Positions 20,147 to 30,107 of a stretch of DNA of 40,994 bases are shown piece after piece; position 1 is the stretch's first letter, and every line of letters starts with the position of its first letter. The notes under the pieces are model-generated. The model saw nothing but the letters and a program-made list of their open reading frames with translations, did not search any database and was not told the DNA's origin. The position numbers and the translations under genes were made by a program. Source of the stretch: a virus (taxonomy: Duplodnaviria > Heunggongvirae > Uroviricota > Caudoviricetes); IMG/VR virus record IMGVR_UViG_2617270943_000004, positions 1-40,994 of that record. One strand, given 5' to 3'.

Positions 20147-21627
20147 GGTATGTTGTAGCTTGAGTAATCAATCTCTTTAGGATCTTTGATGTCTCGCATC
20201 TGTATTGCAAAACGCCTCATCATGTAGCCATAGCGAACAGCAGAAAGGATGTCGTCGTTTAGCTTGACGATCTTCCCGTTCTCATCGCGGTGATACAGGC
20301 GAAACTCTTCAAAGAATGGCTCGCAGGTGTTAAATACCTTGAAACGACCGTCGAGCATCATGTCGCGTATCTCTGCTATCCCGGGTTCGACCGCATTACC
20401 TCCATCAGGCCATGTTGCATGATCTGGCAACATGTCGAACCCAGCGTCGGCGTATTGTTCCTTGAGCTGAGCGCCGCCTCCCTTTTCGTGCTGATGCCCG
20501 TCATGAGGCCAAGCCGTAGGGGTGTTTTTGCTCCATGCTTTAACAGCACTCCATGCCTCCGTCGCCTTCTTCTGTTTGGCCTTCCAGACGCGAGAAAGAT
20601 AAATCACGTCCTCGTCTTTATCCCACCAAAGCTGGATATGTGCCTGTGGGTGATCCCATCCGAAGTCCATTGCATTGATGACGTAGAAGTGATCAGGACA
20701 CTCGAACGGCTGACACTTAATCGTCTCTTCCGGTATCTGGAAGATTCGACCACTACCCATCGTAGGGATACCGCGAGCACGCGCCTCTCTCTCATGCTCG
20801 GGATATGATGCGATGATTTGCTCTTTCTGCTCGTCGGTGTAGTGCTCAGCGTCATAGATGGTCATGTTGACCACTTTCTGCGACTTGCTTGGATTCTTCA
20901 GGAACTTGGTAACAACGTCAGACATCCCCATCAGCGGGGTAAACGTCAGAATTGAGAATTGCCCGTATTTGTTGGTACGGGTAAGACCTTCGCCATAAAT
21001 GCTGTATGGTGGCTCTTCGTCAAACCACACGCCGTGGATTGTGTCACCCTGCCAGCGAGCGCGGCCTTGCGAGTATGGTTTGAAGTAGCAGATTGAAATG
21101 CCATCTTCAACGCCATCAGCCGTGTGATGCTTAACCAGAAGATGATCAACAAGGTTCGGAAAGAAAGGAGACTTCTTCCAGCTAATGATGTCTTCTTTAG
21201 GTATGGAACCGTAGCCTGGCTCATCATTCTCTTCGATACGACCGCACAGGATGCGTTGAGTCGTTTTGGTTACCGTCTCGTTTGTCTCGCCACCAATCCA
21301 GAAGACAACAGGCTCATAGAAACGCTTACCTTTCCACTCCCCACCATATTTACCATCAGCAGGATAGCCTTTTGTGCCCGGATAACGCCCTGTAAGGTGA
21401 AACGCGACTTCAGCAGCACCAGTAAATGACTTACCAAGCTGGTTACCAGCCATAAAACAGCGCTCTGGATAGTCATGCCCGGCGTCGATGAACTCACGCT
21501 GTTTGCTGTATGGCGTAAATTCATATAGCAGGTGTGTGTTCCGGTAGTTCTCTTCTTCTTCGAGTAGCTCGAGCAATTCGATTTGCTCTTCGTCGCTCAG
21601 GTTATCAAGAATCGCGTCCAGTTCCAC
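20131..21627 (-). CDS. Terminase large subunit
   Basis: 498 aa (P22 gp2 is about 499); acidic N-terminus; synteny. Confidence 0.8.
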   Translation of the reverse strand: MELDAILDNLSDEEQIELLELLEEEENYRNTHLLYEFTPYSKQREFIDAGHDYPERCFMAGNQLGKSFTGAAEVAFHLTGRYPGTKGYPADGKYGGEWKGKRFYEPVVFWIGGETNETVTKTTQRILCGRIEENDEPGYGSIPKEDIISWKKSPFFPNLVDHLLVKHHTADGVEDGISICYFKPYSQGRARWQGDTIHGVWFDEEPPYSIYGEGLTRTNKYGQFSILTFTPLMGMSDVVTKFLKNPSKSQKVVNMTIYDAEHYTDEQKEQIIASYPEHEREARARGIPTMGSGRIFQIPEETIKCQPFECPDHFYVINAMDFGWDHPQAHIQLWWDKDEDVIYLSRVWKAKQKKATEAWSAVKAWSKNTPTAWPHDGHQHEKGGGAQLKEQYADAGFDMLPDHATWPDGGNAVEPGIAEIRDMMLDGRFKVFNTCEPFFEEFRLYHRDENGKIVKLNDDILSAVRYGYMMRRFAIQMRDIKDPKEIDYSSYNIPCGVG

Positions 21628-22099
21628 GGTTGAATAGCTCCTTGATACGAGAGCGTCGCTTATCGCGATCTCCCTTATCAGGTGTCACGTCTTCAACTTG
21701 CGACTGCTCTTTGAGGCCCAAATCACGGGCGATGATGTTAGCGTTGAGAAGGTCAGCGGCTGCGCCAGAGAATTTCTGGTCGTAGATGACCTGTTCTGCT
21801 CGCGTAACGACTTCAGATAAATCTTCTCGCAGGCGATATGTGCGCCATGTTTCAAGCGTCACATCAATGAACAGAGTGAGTCCGGTAATGGTCATCGCTC
21901 GCATCTTGGCGATAGGCTCTTGTATCACTTCACCCTGATACGAGAACGCCTTCATCTCCCATAGCGGGTTAGCTTCAACCCACTCGAAGTATTCACAACA
22001 AGCAGCCCACAGCGCCTCAGGCGATTCGAATTTAGGATTTCGCCCATGACTACTGCGGGCCTCCCAAAATCGGTTGCCCTTTGGTGCTGCCATATTCAT
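21605..22099 (-). CDS. Terminase small subunit
   Basis: 164 aa, immediately upstream of and overlapping the large subunit gene. Confidence 0.6.
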   Translation of the reverse strand: MNMAAPKGNRFWEARSSHGRNPKFESPEALWAACCEYFEWVEANPLWEMKAFSYQGEVIQEPIAKMRAMTITGLTLFIDVTLETWRTYRLREDLSEVVTRAEQVIYDQKFSGAAADLLNANIIARDLGLKEQSQVEDVTPDKGDRDKRRSRIKELFNRGTGRDS

Positions 22100-22128
22100 C
22101 TCACTTAGTTGTTATTTCAGGTTGAGCA

Positions 22129-22371
22129 TCATGCTCCGGTGGTGAACAGGTCTAACGCTTCCTTCGATTTACGCACCGCTTCGATAGTGCGAGATGTGAA
22201 GTCTGGATTTGCACCGCCATCGTTGTAGTGCAACTTAAACAATTCCAGTTTCAGCTGGTCAGCACCAATGAATGCAAAAGCTTCCTCTGCCGCTGAATTG
22301 TTCTTAGATAGCAGTCGGTAAATTTCTAACTTGAATTTCTGTTCTTCAGTCATGGGAATAATCTCTGCCAT
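22129..22371 (-). CDS. Hypothetical protein
   Basis: 80-aa ORF with RBS-like ACGGAG; no family recognised. Confidence 0.4.
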   Translation of the reverse strand: MAEIIPMTEEQKFKLEIYRLLSKNNSAAEEAFAFIGADQLKLELFKLHYNDGGANPDFTSRTIEAVRKSKEALDLFTTGA

Positions 22372-22670
22372 TGTTGGCTCCGTTTATCCGTTAAAAGGGA
22401 TATCAGTTAAGTTATCCCGTGTAGGGTATAAGTCATTGTCGAGACCACTCATTGAATGGCCTCTGCAATAACCGATGTCTTTCCATCAGTCCGCCACCAC
22501 AAAGAATCTTTTTTGCCATAAGGCTGGAGGTTCATCTTTCAGTGGCTGCCAGTGTTATTTCCCCACTTACTGGCTTGGGTTGTTTCGCGGTACTGCCGTA
22601 ACTGGTTGCCCAGAATAAATTCCGGTTTCATTATCAAGCCCACCCGTAGATAGGCTTTGTAATGACATCT

Positions 22671-23195
22671 TCAATTAATCAGCAGTTCAGGCTGTGTCAC
22701 CTGCAAGATGTATTCATGCTCGACAGCCAGGACACGCTTCTCTTTCTTCCGTTCGTTCATTAACCGACTGCCGATCGTACCTTTCAGCTTTGAGCGTGTT
22801 TCTTTGATGGCGTAGCGGTGCTGCATTTCTTCGCCAATTGCCATGCGGCGGCTCAGTTGCTCTGCCATCCAGTTGAATGCTGCGATATAGCTCTCCTTGA
22901 TTGTCGCAGCAGCTTTCCCGGTGAACCCCATCACAACCATGATCCAGCCATCTTTCGTCAGGCTGTACATCGGGCGAACCTTGCCCTGCTCATCGATATA
23001 ATCAGCCGACGCAAAATTGCGTTGGCTAAACTCACGCGAGCAATCAGCCTTAACCTGCTCGATTTTCCTGAGAACATCACCGTGTCGCTTGCCGAAGTAC
23101 TTGGCAATTTTTCTGGATGTGGTAACGACCTCTCCGTTTTTGGCTTGCACCATTTCTCGGAAGTCGAAGGCTGGAATAACTGAATGATTATTCAT
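22671..23195 (-). CDS. rha: Rha-family phage regulatory protein
   Basis: 174 aa from ATG 23195; N-terminal region (TTSRKIAKYFGKRHGDVLRKIEQV...) resembles the Rha domain. Confidence 0.6.
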   Translation of the reverse strand: MNNHSVIPAFDFREMVQAKNGEVVTTSRKIAKYFGKRHGDVLRKIEQVKADCSREFSQRNFASADYIDEQGKVRPMYSLTKDGWIMVVMGFTGKAAATIKESYIAAFNWMAEQLSRRMAIGEEMQHRYAIKETRSKLKGTIGSRLMNERKKEKRVLAVEHEYILQVTQPELLIN

Positions 23196-23335
23196 AGCGT
23201 CTTTACCTTTTAGAAAGTGAGCCTGTCTCACAGAAAAGCCGCCCGAGAGAGGTCGCCACCTATAACGGCATTTCTCAGGCTCGCTTACTGAAAGGCTCTC
23301 GTTAATATGCGCGTGAGATGCGCGTTTACTGCGGA

Positions 23336-23361
23336 CATAAAAAAGCCCCGCATCGCGAGGC
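23336..23361 (-). terminator. Intrinsic terminator downstream of the lysis cassette
   Basis: Minus-strand hairpin GCCTCGC-GAT-GCGGGGC followed by TTTTTTAT. Confidence 0.5.
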
Positions 23362-23394
23362 TCATTAAATTGACTTTGTGATTTGCAAAAAAAT

Positions 23395-23832
23395 TTATTT
23401 CAGGCATTGCGTCCTGATGTACTCCTGCAGGTAGTTAACCTGCGCGGTTATCCTGTCGATTCCACTTCGGAGACGGTAATAATTGAGTTCAGCATCTGCT
23501 GTAAGTCTTGGGCTTTCTCCATCGCCCATGCTGCTGGCTCCGGTCGTTGACTTTGCACAGGTGGCGGCGACTTGCAGGCGCTTACGACCAGCAGAAACAT
23601 CAGCACGGAGACTTTCGATAGTCGCGTTAGCATCAGCAAGCTCCTTTGTATATCTGGCATCGAGTTCTGCTACGTCACGTTGACGCTTCTGCATGTCAGC
23701 GATGATGGATGTGGCTTTGTCGCGCTGTTCTTTGTAGGTCATGGCGTTATCACGGTAATGATTAACAGCCCATGACAGGCAGACGATGATGCAGATAACC
23801 AGAGCGGAGATAATCGCAGTTACTCTGCTCAT
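23395..23832 (-). CDS. Rz-like i-spanin
   Basis: 145 aa from ATG 23832 (ATGA overlap with the endolysin stop); N-terminal TM segment then a charged coiled-coil-like periplasmic domain. Confidence 0.75.
   Translation of the reverse strand: MSRVTAIISALVICIIVCLSWAVNHYRDNAMTYKEQRDKATSIIADMQKRQRDVAELDARYTKELADANATIESLRADVSAGRKRLQVAATCAKSTTGASSMGDGESPRLTADAELNYYRLRSGIDRITAQVNYLQEYIRTQCLK
23448..23633 (-). CDS. Rz1-like o-spanin lipoprotein, embedded in the +1 frame of Rz
   Basis: 61 aa; AAGGAG 8 nt upstream of ATG 23633; signal peptide ending in lipobox VSAC; proline-rich mature region. Confidence 0.6.
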   Translation of the reverse strand: MLTRLSKVSVLMFLLVVSACKSPPPVQSQRPEPAAWAMEKAQDLQQMLNSIITVSEVESTG

Positions 23833-24332
23833 TGCTGCCCCCACAAACAGACTTCACGCTCAATCTCACGGCGAGTCATCAGCCCTTTCCATTGCTTACC
23901 GCCAGCGTATGTCCAGCGACGTAGCTGGTCACATGCGCCCTTGATATCGCCCTGGTTGATTTTGCGAAGAAGCGTCGATGTTCTGAAATTGCCTGCGCCC
24001 ACGTTATAGACGAACGAATAAAGAGCGCCGCGCGTTGTTTCCGGTATATCGACTTTGATGTACGGGTTAATTTGTCTGGCGACCGTGGCAAGGTCTTTAT
24101 TCAGGAGGGCTTTGCATTCTGCTTCGGTATACGTTTTACCGAGCATGATGTCTTTTCCGGTGTGTCCGTGGCATACAGTCCATACACCAACAATATCTTT
24201 GTATGGTATGTAGCTGACACCTTCCAGGCCATCGTTACCACTTGGTCCAGTGATTAACACAGATGCTATAGCAATAGCCCCGCCACTTATCGCCGCTATT
24301 ACGCTATTTCGTAGTGCCGGTGACATTGCCAT
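23829..24332 (-). CDS. Endolysin (lysozyme) with SAR-type N-terminal signal-anchor-release domain
   Basis: 167 aa; weakly hydrophobic Gly/Ala-rich N-terminus ([19 protein letters not shown]) followed by a lysozyme-like domain; recalled close match to the phage 21 R endolysin. Confidence 0.8.
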   Translation of the reverse strand: MAMSPALRNSVIAAISGGAIAIASVLITGPSGNDGLEGVSYIPYKDIVGVWTVCHGHTGKDIMLGKTYTEAECKALLNKDLATVARQINPYIKVDIPETTRGALYSFVYNVGAGNFRTSTLLRKINQGDIKGACDQLRRWTYAGGKQWKGLMTRREIEREVCLWGQQ

Positions 24333-24507
24333 TCAATCTGTCCTCGCGCTCTTTGCGCTTGTAGTACCAGTTGATGCCAAATGTGCCGACAGTACAAAGA
24401 ATACCAATGATGACAGCCCAGTCATTCAGGGAGAGAATGCCACCCATCGCAGTCAGTCCTCCGAAGCTGTAACTGAACCATTCTCTGATTTTGTCCATAC
24501 GGTACAT
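24304..24507 (-). CDS. Holin, pinholin-like with dual-start motif
   Basis: 67 aa; two TM-like segments; starts MYRMDK with Met1 and Met4, like the holin/antiholin dual start of phage 21 S; overlaps the endolysin start. Confidence 0.6.
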   Translation of the reverse strand: MYRMDKIREWFSYSFGGLTAMGGILSLNDWAVIIGILCTVGTFGINWYYKRKEREDRLNGNVTGTTK

Positions 24508-24752
24508 GCTCTACCCCTTCATTGAGGGGATTTGCTCTATTTAATTAGGAATAAGGTCGATTACTGATAGAACAAATCCAGGCTACTGTGTTTAGTAATC
24601 AGATTTGTTCGTGACCGATATGCACGGGCAAAACGGCAGGAGGTTGTTAGCGCAACCTCATGCCACCCGCTTTCACGAAGGTCATGTGTAGAAGGCCGCA
24701 GCGTAACTATCACTGATGAATTCAGGATAGCCAGTGGCTACGGCTCAGTTAT

Positions 24753-24828
24753 GGTGCTGGTTAACGGACTTGAACCGCTACCCATTCGCTTACAAGGCGA
24801 CTGCTCTACCATTGGAGCTAAACCAGCA
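24753..24828 (-). tRNA. Phage-encoded tRNA-Thr (anticodon UGU)
   Basis: 76-nt cloverleaf on the minus strand: acceptor GCTGGTT/AACCAGC, D stem GCTC/GAGC, anticodon loop CTTGTAA, T loop GG-TTCAAGT-CC, encoded CCA. Confidence 0.6.
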
Positions 24829-24833
24829 TATTT

Positions 24834-24908
24834 GGCGGGACAGCGTGGACTCGAACCACGATAAGAAGGTTAACAGCCTTCCGTAATGACCTTTATACGA
24901 CTGACCCA
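24834..24908 (-). tRNA. Phage-encoded tRNA-Asn-like (anticodon GUU)
   Basis: 75 nt on the minus strand: anticodon stem GAAGG/CCTTC with loop CTGTTAA, T arm CGTGG-TTCGAGT-CCACG, encoded CCA; acceptor stem has one U-U mismatch and the D stem is weak. Confidence 0.5.
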
Positions 24909-24969
24909 AATAAAAAAGCCACCGCTGCAACTTAAGAGTCACTAACGGCAGCTTACCCTCTAATTATGG

Positions 24970-25488
24970 CTAAATGGCTAATTGCATGTCAAGGTTTTTA
25001 ACAGCAACATGCTTAACTTTCTCAACACGTTTACGCATTTTGAAAGCATTTTGCATTGGTTGGTACAAAACAAATAATGACGCTTTCAGGATGTCGTCAA
25101 TTTCGTTTCTACAGGTTGCCAGTGAAGGTTTTCTCCATCCCTCGCCACCACGTCCACACATCTTGCGTGGCTTTGCAGTCGCGTGATAGTAGGATGCAAT
25201 TGCTCGCTTAGATGAACCATGAGCGTAGTAGCTGAGGAGGATGCCAAAGGCTTTTTTGTCAATGTACATGACGGAATCGACGACCTGAGAAATCAACATT
25301 CCATCATCATCATTGCACATTGGCCTTGTCATAACTCTTCCCGGCTCTACGCTCTCCATGAACTTCGCTATTACGCTGCTCATGCGCTTTTCCAGACGAC
25401 CTGAATAAACCCATGCGCCCCACAGTTCAAGCCAGCCATTCAGCCACTCGTGCTGCTCTTTGGTGAGGTTTAGTTCTCTTATGCCCAT
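24970..25488 (-). CDS. Late-gene antiterminator Q-like protein
   Basis: 172 aa; AAGGGAGAAGG RBS; lies between ninG and the tRNA/lysis genes where Q sits in lambdoid phages; family assignment by position and size only. Confidence 0.5.
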   Translation of the reverse strand: MGIRELNLTKEQHEWLNGWLELWGAWVYSGRLEKRMSSVIAKFMESVEPGRVMTRPMCNDDDGMLISQVVDSVMYIDKKAFGILLSYYAHGSSKRAIASYYHATAKPRKMCGRGGEGWRKPSLATCRNEIDDILKASLFVLYQPMQNAFKMRKRVEKVKHVAVKNLDMQLAI

Positions 25489-25531
25489 GCGCCTTCTCCC
25501 TTGTTATCTGGAATGGTTTTTACTGAGAACG

Positions 25532-26134
25532 TCATGCGGCCTCACTTCTGCTATTTCGCAGGTCTTTGAGTTTCTGCTGATACTCCGCCTTGATGGCCCG
25601 GCACTCTTCGACAGTCCAGCGATGGCGGTTATGGTTTGATTCGATTTCGTCTACTGCTTCCTGCCCGATGCGATTAATCAGTTCGACGCGATACGGAACG
25701 AGATTTCCGCTTTTGTGCTGGTTGCACACCACGCATTGCTTGTGAATATTGCGTTCATCAAATCGGAGTTGAGGTGCCGCAGCAGTTGTCCGGTAATGTC
25801 CGGCATCCCACTGAGCAGACGTGAGCGTTCCGCACGAGATACATGGTAAGTCGCGGTCTCTTTCTCTGATGAAGGCGTTTACGGCTTGTTGGGCTTGTTT
25901 AATCCAGTAACTGCGGGGCTTTAAGGCGAGTTTTCGAATCTTAAGTTTATCTTTCTGTTTCTGCTCCTCTCGTCGTCGTTTCTTCTCTGCTGCTTTTTCC
26001 GCTTTTTCGCGTTCTTTGCTTCGTCGTTCGAGTGCTATCTTGGTTCCACAAATCTCATTACACCAATATTGATTTTGATATTTTGGTATAAACCATTCAT
26101 TGCAACATTTACATTTCCTTCGATAGATTCGCAT
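25532..26134 (-). CDS. ninG: NinG (Rap)-like recombination-promoting nuclease
   Basis: 200 aa from ATG 26134 with AAAGGAG RBS; Cys-rich N-terminus and lysine-rich [21 protein letters not shown] segment; recalled NinG features. Confidence 0.65.
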   Translation of the reverse strand: MRIYRRKCKCCNEWFIPKYQNQYWCNEICGTKIALERRSKEREKAEKAAEKKRRREEQKQKDKLKIRKLALKPRSYWIKQAQQAVNAFIRERDRDLPCISCGTLTSAQWDAGHYRTTAAAPQLRFDERNIHKQCVVCNQHKSGNLVPYRVELINRIGQEAVDEIESNHNRHRWTVEECRAIKAEYQQKLKDLRNSRSEAA

Positions 26135-26675
26135 AAGTGCTCCTTTCGTTGCCGGAAAAATCACCGTAATACTTATCTCGGGCTTCTTCAGCAACTAGTA
26201 CCGCTAACTCCAGATCATCAAAGCATCCGAAGTGTTTACTCTTGCCATGGAATCCTAGCCTAACATTCCATTTTTTCTGTCGTTTGTGCCAAGTAACCCC
26301 TCTGCAACCTGATTTGCTATTCTTTCGGATCCTTATATTTCTTGAATTTTCTATTGGCAGGCATTCTCTTAAATTTTCTGGCCTATTGTCGGTCCTAATT
26401 CCATTAACGTGGTCAATTTGACCAGCAGGCCAACGATTATGAGTTATGTAAAAAACTAAGACGTGAGTTTTATATCTACGCCCATCTATCATGATCATTG
26501 AATAACCGTTGGAATCAAAAGTTCCAGCAACACTATTTAATGCTATCCTTCCCTGAGTGGGAACTTTCCATCTAAATACCCCGGTAGATTTATCGAAACT
26601 TAGTAACTCAAATATCCTTTTAACAGTTAAATCTTCTCTTTTACGGTTACGTCGTCTTCGCGCTGGTTTAGCCAT
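26109..26675 (-). CDS. HNH endonuclease with AP2-like domain (second copy)
   Basis: 188 aa; HNH-like [19 protein letters not shown]2-like [47 protein letters not shown]; overlaps the ninF stop by 8 nt and the ninG start by 26 nt. Confidence 0.65.
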   Translation of the reverse strand: MAKPARRRRNRKREDLTVKRIFELLSFDKSTGVFRWKVPTQGRIALNSVAGTFDSNGYSMIMIDGRRYKTHVLVFYITHNRWPAGQIDHVNGIRTDNRPENLRECLPIENSRNIRIRKNSKSGCRGVTWHKRQKKWNVRLGFHGKSKHFGCFDDLELAVLVAEEARDKYYGDFSGNERSTYANLSKEM

Positions 26676-26844
26676 CGTCTTCTTCCTCGTACATTGAGCT
26701 ATTCGGATCGCTCATCAGTTCTGCGCAGCAATCGGAGCACACGTGAACTTCCAGCACATGCAGATTCTGACCGCAGTTAGCGCACGTTAAAGCTCGCTCG
26801 ACGCTTTCTTTCTGGTATTGAAGGGATTGGGATGGGCTAAGCAT
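26668..26844 (-). CDS. ninF: NinF-like small Cys-rich protein
   Basis: 58-aa ORF below the ORF-track cutoff; contains CxxC...C..CC; sits in the nin block. Confidence 0.45.
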   Translation of the reverse strand: MLSPSQSLQYQKESVERALTCANCGQNLHVLEVHVCSDCCAELMSDPNSSMYEEEDDG

Positions 26845-27205
26845 TATTAGCGACCTGCATCATGAGAAAGACAATCATGGCGGCGCGGAGAGGCGATTCA
26901 CCGCAGAAGCAGTAGTCAGGAACCCAACAACCTTCCTCTAAATCACCTCCTGACCATGCGCACCATTCTTTTTCCGCTGTCATCCACATGGTGCTAATTT
27001 TGTTTTCAGTGATGATCGGATATGCGTCAGCGGCCATATTACATGGGTCGAAATATCCGCAAGGCAAAAACTCACCACCATCAATTCCAGCCAAGTAAAC
27101 TTCTTTCTTTTCTGGATCCCAGTCGTAATTGTTTTTTCCTAGCACGATATGCGCGACTTTTAAGTTAATTTCAAAATCACTTAACTGTGAATAATCCATT
27201 GTCAT
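26837..27205 (-). CDS. Nin-region protein (NinX/DUF2591-like, tentative)
   Basis: 122 aa from ATG 27205, which forms an ATGA overlap with the ninE-like stop. Confidence 0.4.
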   Translation of the reverse strand: MTMDYSQLSDFEINLKVAHIVLGKNNYDWDPEKKEVYLAGIDGGEFLPCGYFDPCNMAADAYPIITENKISTMWMTAEKEWCAWSGGDLEEGCWVPDYCFCGESPLRAAMIVFLMMQVANNA

Positions 27206-27378
27206 TTCCTCGCACGATGTCTTAGCCACCGGATATCCCACAGGTGAGCCGTGTAGTTGAAGGTTTTTACGTCAGATTCTTTTGGGATTGGCTTGCGTTT
27301 ATTTCTGGAGCGTTTCGTTGGAAGGTATTTGCAGTTTTCGCAGATTATGTCGGTGATACTTCGTCGCTGTCGTCTCAT
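27202..27378 (-). CDS. ninE: NinE-like small basic protein
   Basis: 58 aa ([58 protein letters not shown]); ATGA overlaps at both ends; below the ORF-track cutoff. Confidence 0.5.
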   Translation of the reverse strand: MRRQRRSITDIICENCKYLPTKRSRNKRKPIPKESDVKTFNYTAHLWDIRWLRHRARK

Positions 27379-28220
27379 GCCGCATCCTCAAAATTAAATC
27401 CAAGCTGACATGAAAATGCTTCACATGATTCAGAACACGAACCTGAATCATACTGTCGCATTGATGTCATTCTTGAGGCTAACTCATCTCTTGATATATC
27501 ACTAAACAAGGCAATCAGTGATTTAAGTGTATTATTCCCTCGATACATAACCGGTTCCTTTCCTGTTTTTATTTCTGTATCAAGGATGTTGATAAATGCA
27601 TCTGCAAGTTCTGGCTCATCCATGGCTGACAGCGCAACCTTTTGCATACTTTTTTTTATACAGAAAACACAATTACCAAGATGCTCCTGTATGCCAAGAT
27701 CAAACTTCTGCCCACTCCACCAATCAAGCACATCCTGTTTTTCAAAATCGCTTATATCAGCCAGGTACCGAAAACCATTAGCCCTTTTAAGCCTGTTTGG
27801 TTCATCTGTGCGAATGCCAAGCCATGTGATGTAATTTCCTTTCCCAAACTTTTCCTGACAATATTTGGTGAATGGAACAGACTTCATTCTGTCGGTACAG
27901 AACGCACCGCCGATATATGGATGTCCGTATTTATTCAACATCCTTTTCCACGGTATAAGATCTGGACCAATATCAGTGACACCTATCTCTTCATAACCAC
28001 TGGCCTTCCCCATTTCTGGATTAGGTATTACACGAAGGCAATGTAAGTCTATTTTCCAGTTACTGACGATATTTCGGATGAACTCATATGTTTTAGGGTG
28101 CTCTGCCCCTGTATCCATGAAAACGTAATGCACGTCTTCACCAGCCTGTCGCTTTTGCTCCATTAGCCAGAGCAAATATGCTGACGTCCTGCCACCGGAG
28201 AAACTAACGACATTTATCAT
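27375..28220 (-). CDS. PAPS-reductase-family protein (NinC-like)
   Basis: 281 aa from ATG 28220 (ATGA overlap with ninB stop); N-terminal [14 protein letters not shown] resembles the PP-loop SGGxDS motif. Confidence 0.65.
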   Translation of the reverse strand: MINVVSFSGGRTSAYLLWLMEQKRQAGEDVHYVFMDTGAEHPKTYEFIRNIVSNWKIDLHCLRVIPNPEMGKASGYEEIGVTDIGPDLIPWKRMLNKYGHPYIGGAFCTDRMKSVPFTKYCQEKFGKGNYITWLGIRTDEPNRLKRANGFRYLADISDFEKQDVLDWWSGQKFDLGIQEHLGNCVFCIKKSMQKVALSAMDEPELADAFINILDTEIKTGKEPVMYRGNNTLKSLIALFSDISRDELASRMTSMRQYDSGSCSESCEAFSCQLGFNFEDAA

Positions 28221-28657
28221 GCAGCCTTGTCTCCCCATCTTGCTTTCCACTCCAGAGCCAGTCGCGCTTCGTCTGACCACTTAACGCCACGCTCTGTACC
28301 GAATGCCTGTATAAGCTCTAATAGCTCCGCAAATTCGCTTACACGCATCCTGCTGGTTGACTGGCCTATTACCACAAAGCCATTCCCGGCAAGGTTAGGA
28401 ACAACATCCTGCTGCTTTAATGCTGCGGTAAACACACACTTCCAGCTTTCTGCATCCAGCCAGCGACCATGCCATTCAACCTGACGAGAGACGTCACCAA
28501 GGCAAGCCCAAAGCTTCCTGTTTTGGTCTAAGCTGCGGTTGCGTTCCTGAATGGTTACTACGATTGGTTTGGTTGGGTCTGGAAGGATTTGCTGTACTGC
28601 GTGAATAGCGTTTTGCTGATGTGCTGGAGATCGAATTTCAAAGGTTAGCTTTTTCAT
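28217..28657 (-). CDS. ninB: NinB (Orf)-like recombination mediator
   Basis: 146 aa from ATG 28657 with GGGGGAGAGGGAAG RBS; first nin-block gene after the helicase. Confidence 0.65.
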   Translation of the reverse strand: MKKLTFEIRSPAHQQNAIHAVQQILPDPTKPIVVTIQERNRSLDQNRKLWACLGDVSRQVEWHGRWLDAESWKCVFTAALKQQDVVPNLAGNGFVVIGQSTSRMRVSEFAELLELIQAFGTERGVKWSDEARLALEWKARWGDKAA

Positions 28658-28670
28658 GACTTCCCTCTCC

Positions 28671-28705
28671 CCCAAATAAAAAGGCCTGCGATTACCAGCA
28701 GGCCT
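28671..28705 (-). terminator. Intrinsic terminator between helicase and nin genes (tR2-like position)
   Basis: Hairpin AGGCCTGC-GATTACCA-GCAGGCCT (28682-28705) followed on the minus strand by TTTTATTT. Confidence 0.55.
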
Positions 28706-28730
28706 GTTATTAGCTCAGTTATGTAGATGG

Positions 28731-30107
28731 TCATACGTCAGCCCCTTGTGCATATCGTCTGCCACGCGCAGCAGGTGCATTTGATGCTGTGCAAATCTGT
28801 CTGGCTTCATCCTGGTCACATGCAACAAAGTGTCCGTTACAGAACCGCTGGTAAACCGTACCAAGCGAGCCAAAACGGTTTTTCGTCACAATGATTTCAG
28901 CAAATGGCGCGGCGCTACTGTTCTCGTCATATACCGCTTCCCGATAGAGCATGATGATTGAGTCTGCGTCCTGTTCAATGCTTCCTGAATCACGCAAATC
29001 TGCGTTTGTCGGGCGTTTGTTTGGTCGCTTCTCAACATCGCGCGAAAGCTGACTTAGGGAGATAACAGGCGTTTTCAGGTCTTTCGCCATCGCCTTCAGG
29101 CTTCCGGAGATGTGAGCAATTGCGAGGTCGTTGCGGTCTGCTTTCGGCTTCTCAATCAGGCCAAGATAATCCGCCATGATGAGTGACAGGTTTGGATTTT
29201 CCTGTTTGTGCCGTTCTGCGATTGAGCGTATTTCTTCGACCGATAACCGCGAGGCATCGACTACCCATACATCCAAATCTGCAAGCTGACTCATGCCGTT
29301 AGCAACGCGCGCCCAGCCTTCGTCATCCATCGATGCAGGATTTCGCAGTACGCTAACCGACATCCTCCCGGCGTTGGCAATGCTTCGCTCTGCAATCTGC
29401 AATGCGCTCATTTCCATTGAGAAAATCAATACCCCGCGCCGGACGTCAGAACCAGGAATAACGCGGCTTGCAACGCCTTCGGCAATCTTCAGCGCCAGTT
29501 CGGTTTTCCCCATACCAGGACGAGCAGCGATTATCACCAGGTCTTCCGCGTTCATCCCTCCGGTGATGGCATCAAGTTCTTCGATTCCGGTCTTCAGGGT
29601 ATCTGACTCTTCTCCGTTCCTCAGACGCCTGTCAAGCGTGTCAGTGTAGTCAGTAATGATTTCTCCTAACCGTACAGGTTTTACCTCGTCACGGGGCTTT
29701 CTGATGGCTGAGAGACGTTTTACAAGTTCATCCATCGCCTGACTCGATGCGTCGATGGTTCCGCTTTGGATTGGTTCACGCATTTCATCCATGATTTCCA
29801 GCACCAGACGGCGGTGATAGTTATCCGCGACCATTCCGGCATATCCCTTCAGGTTTGCGGCACTCGGGCAGTTTTTGCTGGTCATCAGGATTGACGTGAA
29901 ATGATCCTCTCCGCACGCCTCGGCAACCATCAGCGCGTCGATTAGGTTTCTGTTTCTCGCCTGCTTACGGATAACTTCGAAGGCTTTCCTGTAGAGCGGA
30001 ATTGAAAACGCTTCCGGCTCAAGCGTTGCCAGAACGTCACTGGCGGTTGGTGTTAATCCACCAATCAGCAGGCCACCGATAACGCTCGCTTCGATATCCT
30101 GTTTCAT
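28731..30107 (-). CDS. Replicative DNA helicase, DnaB family (P22 gene 12-like)
   Basis: 458 aa; Walker A ARPGMGKT; RecA-like C-terminal domain features. Confidence 0.85.
   Translation of the reverse strand: MKQDIEASVIGGLLIGGLTPTASDVLATLEPEAFSIPLYRKAFEVIRKQARNRNLIDALMVAEACGEDHFTSILMTSKNCPSAANLKGYAGMVADNYHRRLVLEIMDEMREPIQSGTIDASSQAMDELVKRLSAIRKPRDEVKPVRLGEIITDYTDTLDRRLRNGEESDTLKTGIEELDAITGGMNAEDLVIIAARPGMGKTELALKIAEGVASRVIPGSDVRRGVLIFSMEMSALQIAERSIANAGRMSVSVLRNPASMDDEGWARVANGMSQLADLDVWVVDASRLSVEEIRSIAERHKQENPNLSLIMADYLGLIEKPKADRNDLAIAHISGSLKAMAKDLKTPVISLSQLSRDVEKRPNKRPTNADLRDSGSIEQDADSIIMLYREAVYDENSSAAPFAEIIVTKNRFGSLGTVYQRFCNGHFVACDQDEARQICTASNAPAARGRRYAQGADV

Noticed and set aside
8554-21785. 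Many 60-170-aa ORFs antisense to or out of frame with the large structural genes (for example 8554-8766, 9900-10415, 12553-13077, 15858-16295, 17960-18484, 20290-20808)
   Set aside because: Embedded in long minus-strand genes with strong synteny; such ORFs are expected by chance in high-GC coding DNA and none has an RBS or a recognisable product.
24541-24700. Possible third tRNA or CRISPR-like repeats upstream of the holin
   Set aside because: The region has interleaved inverted repeats and a 7-bp hairpin (24641-24660) but no cloverleaf, no T-loop consensus and no repeat-spacer periodicity; more likely late-transcript leader or terminator structure.
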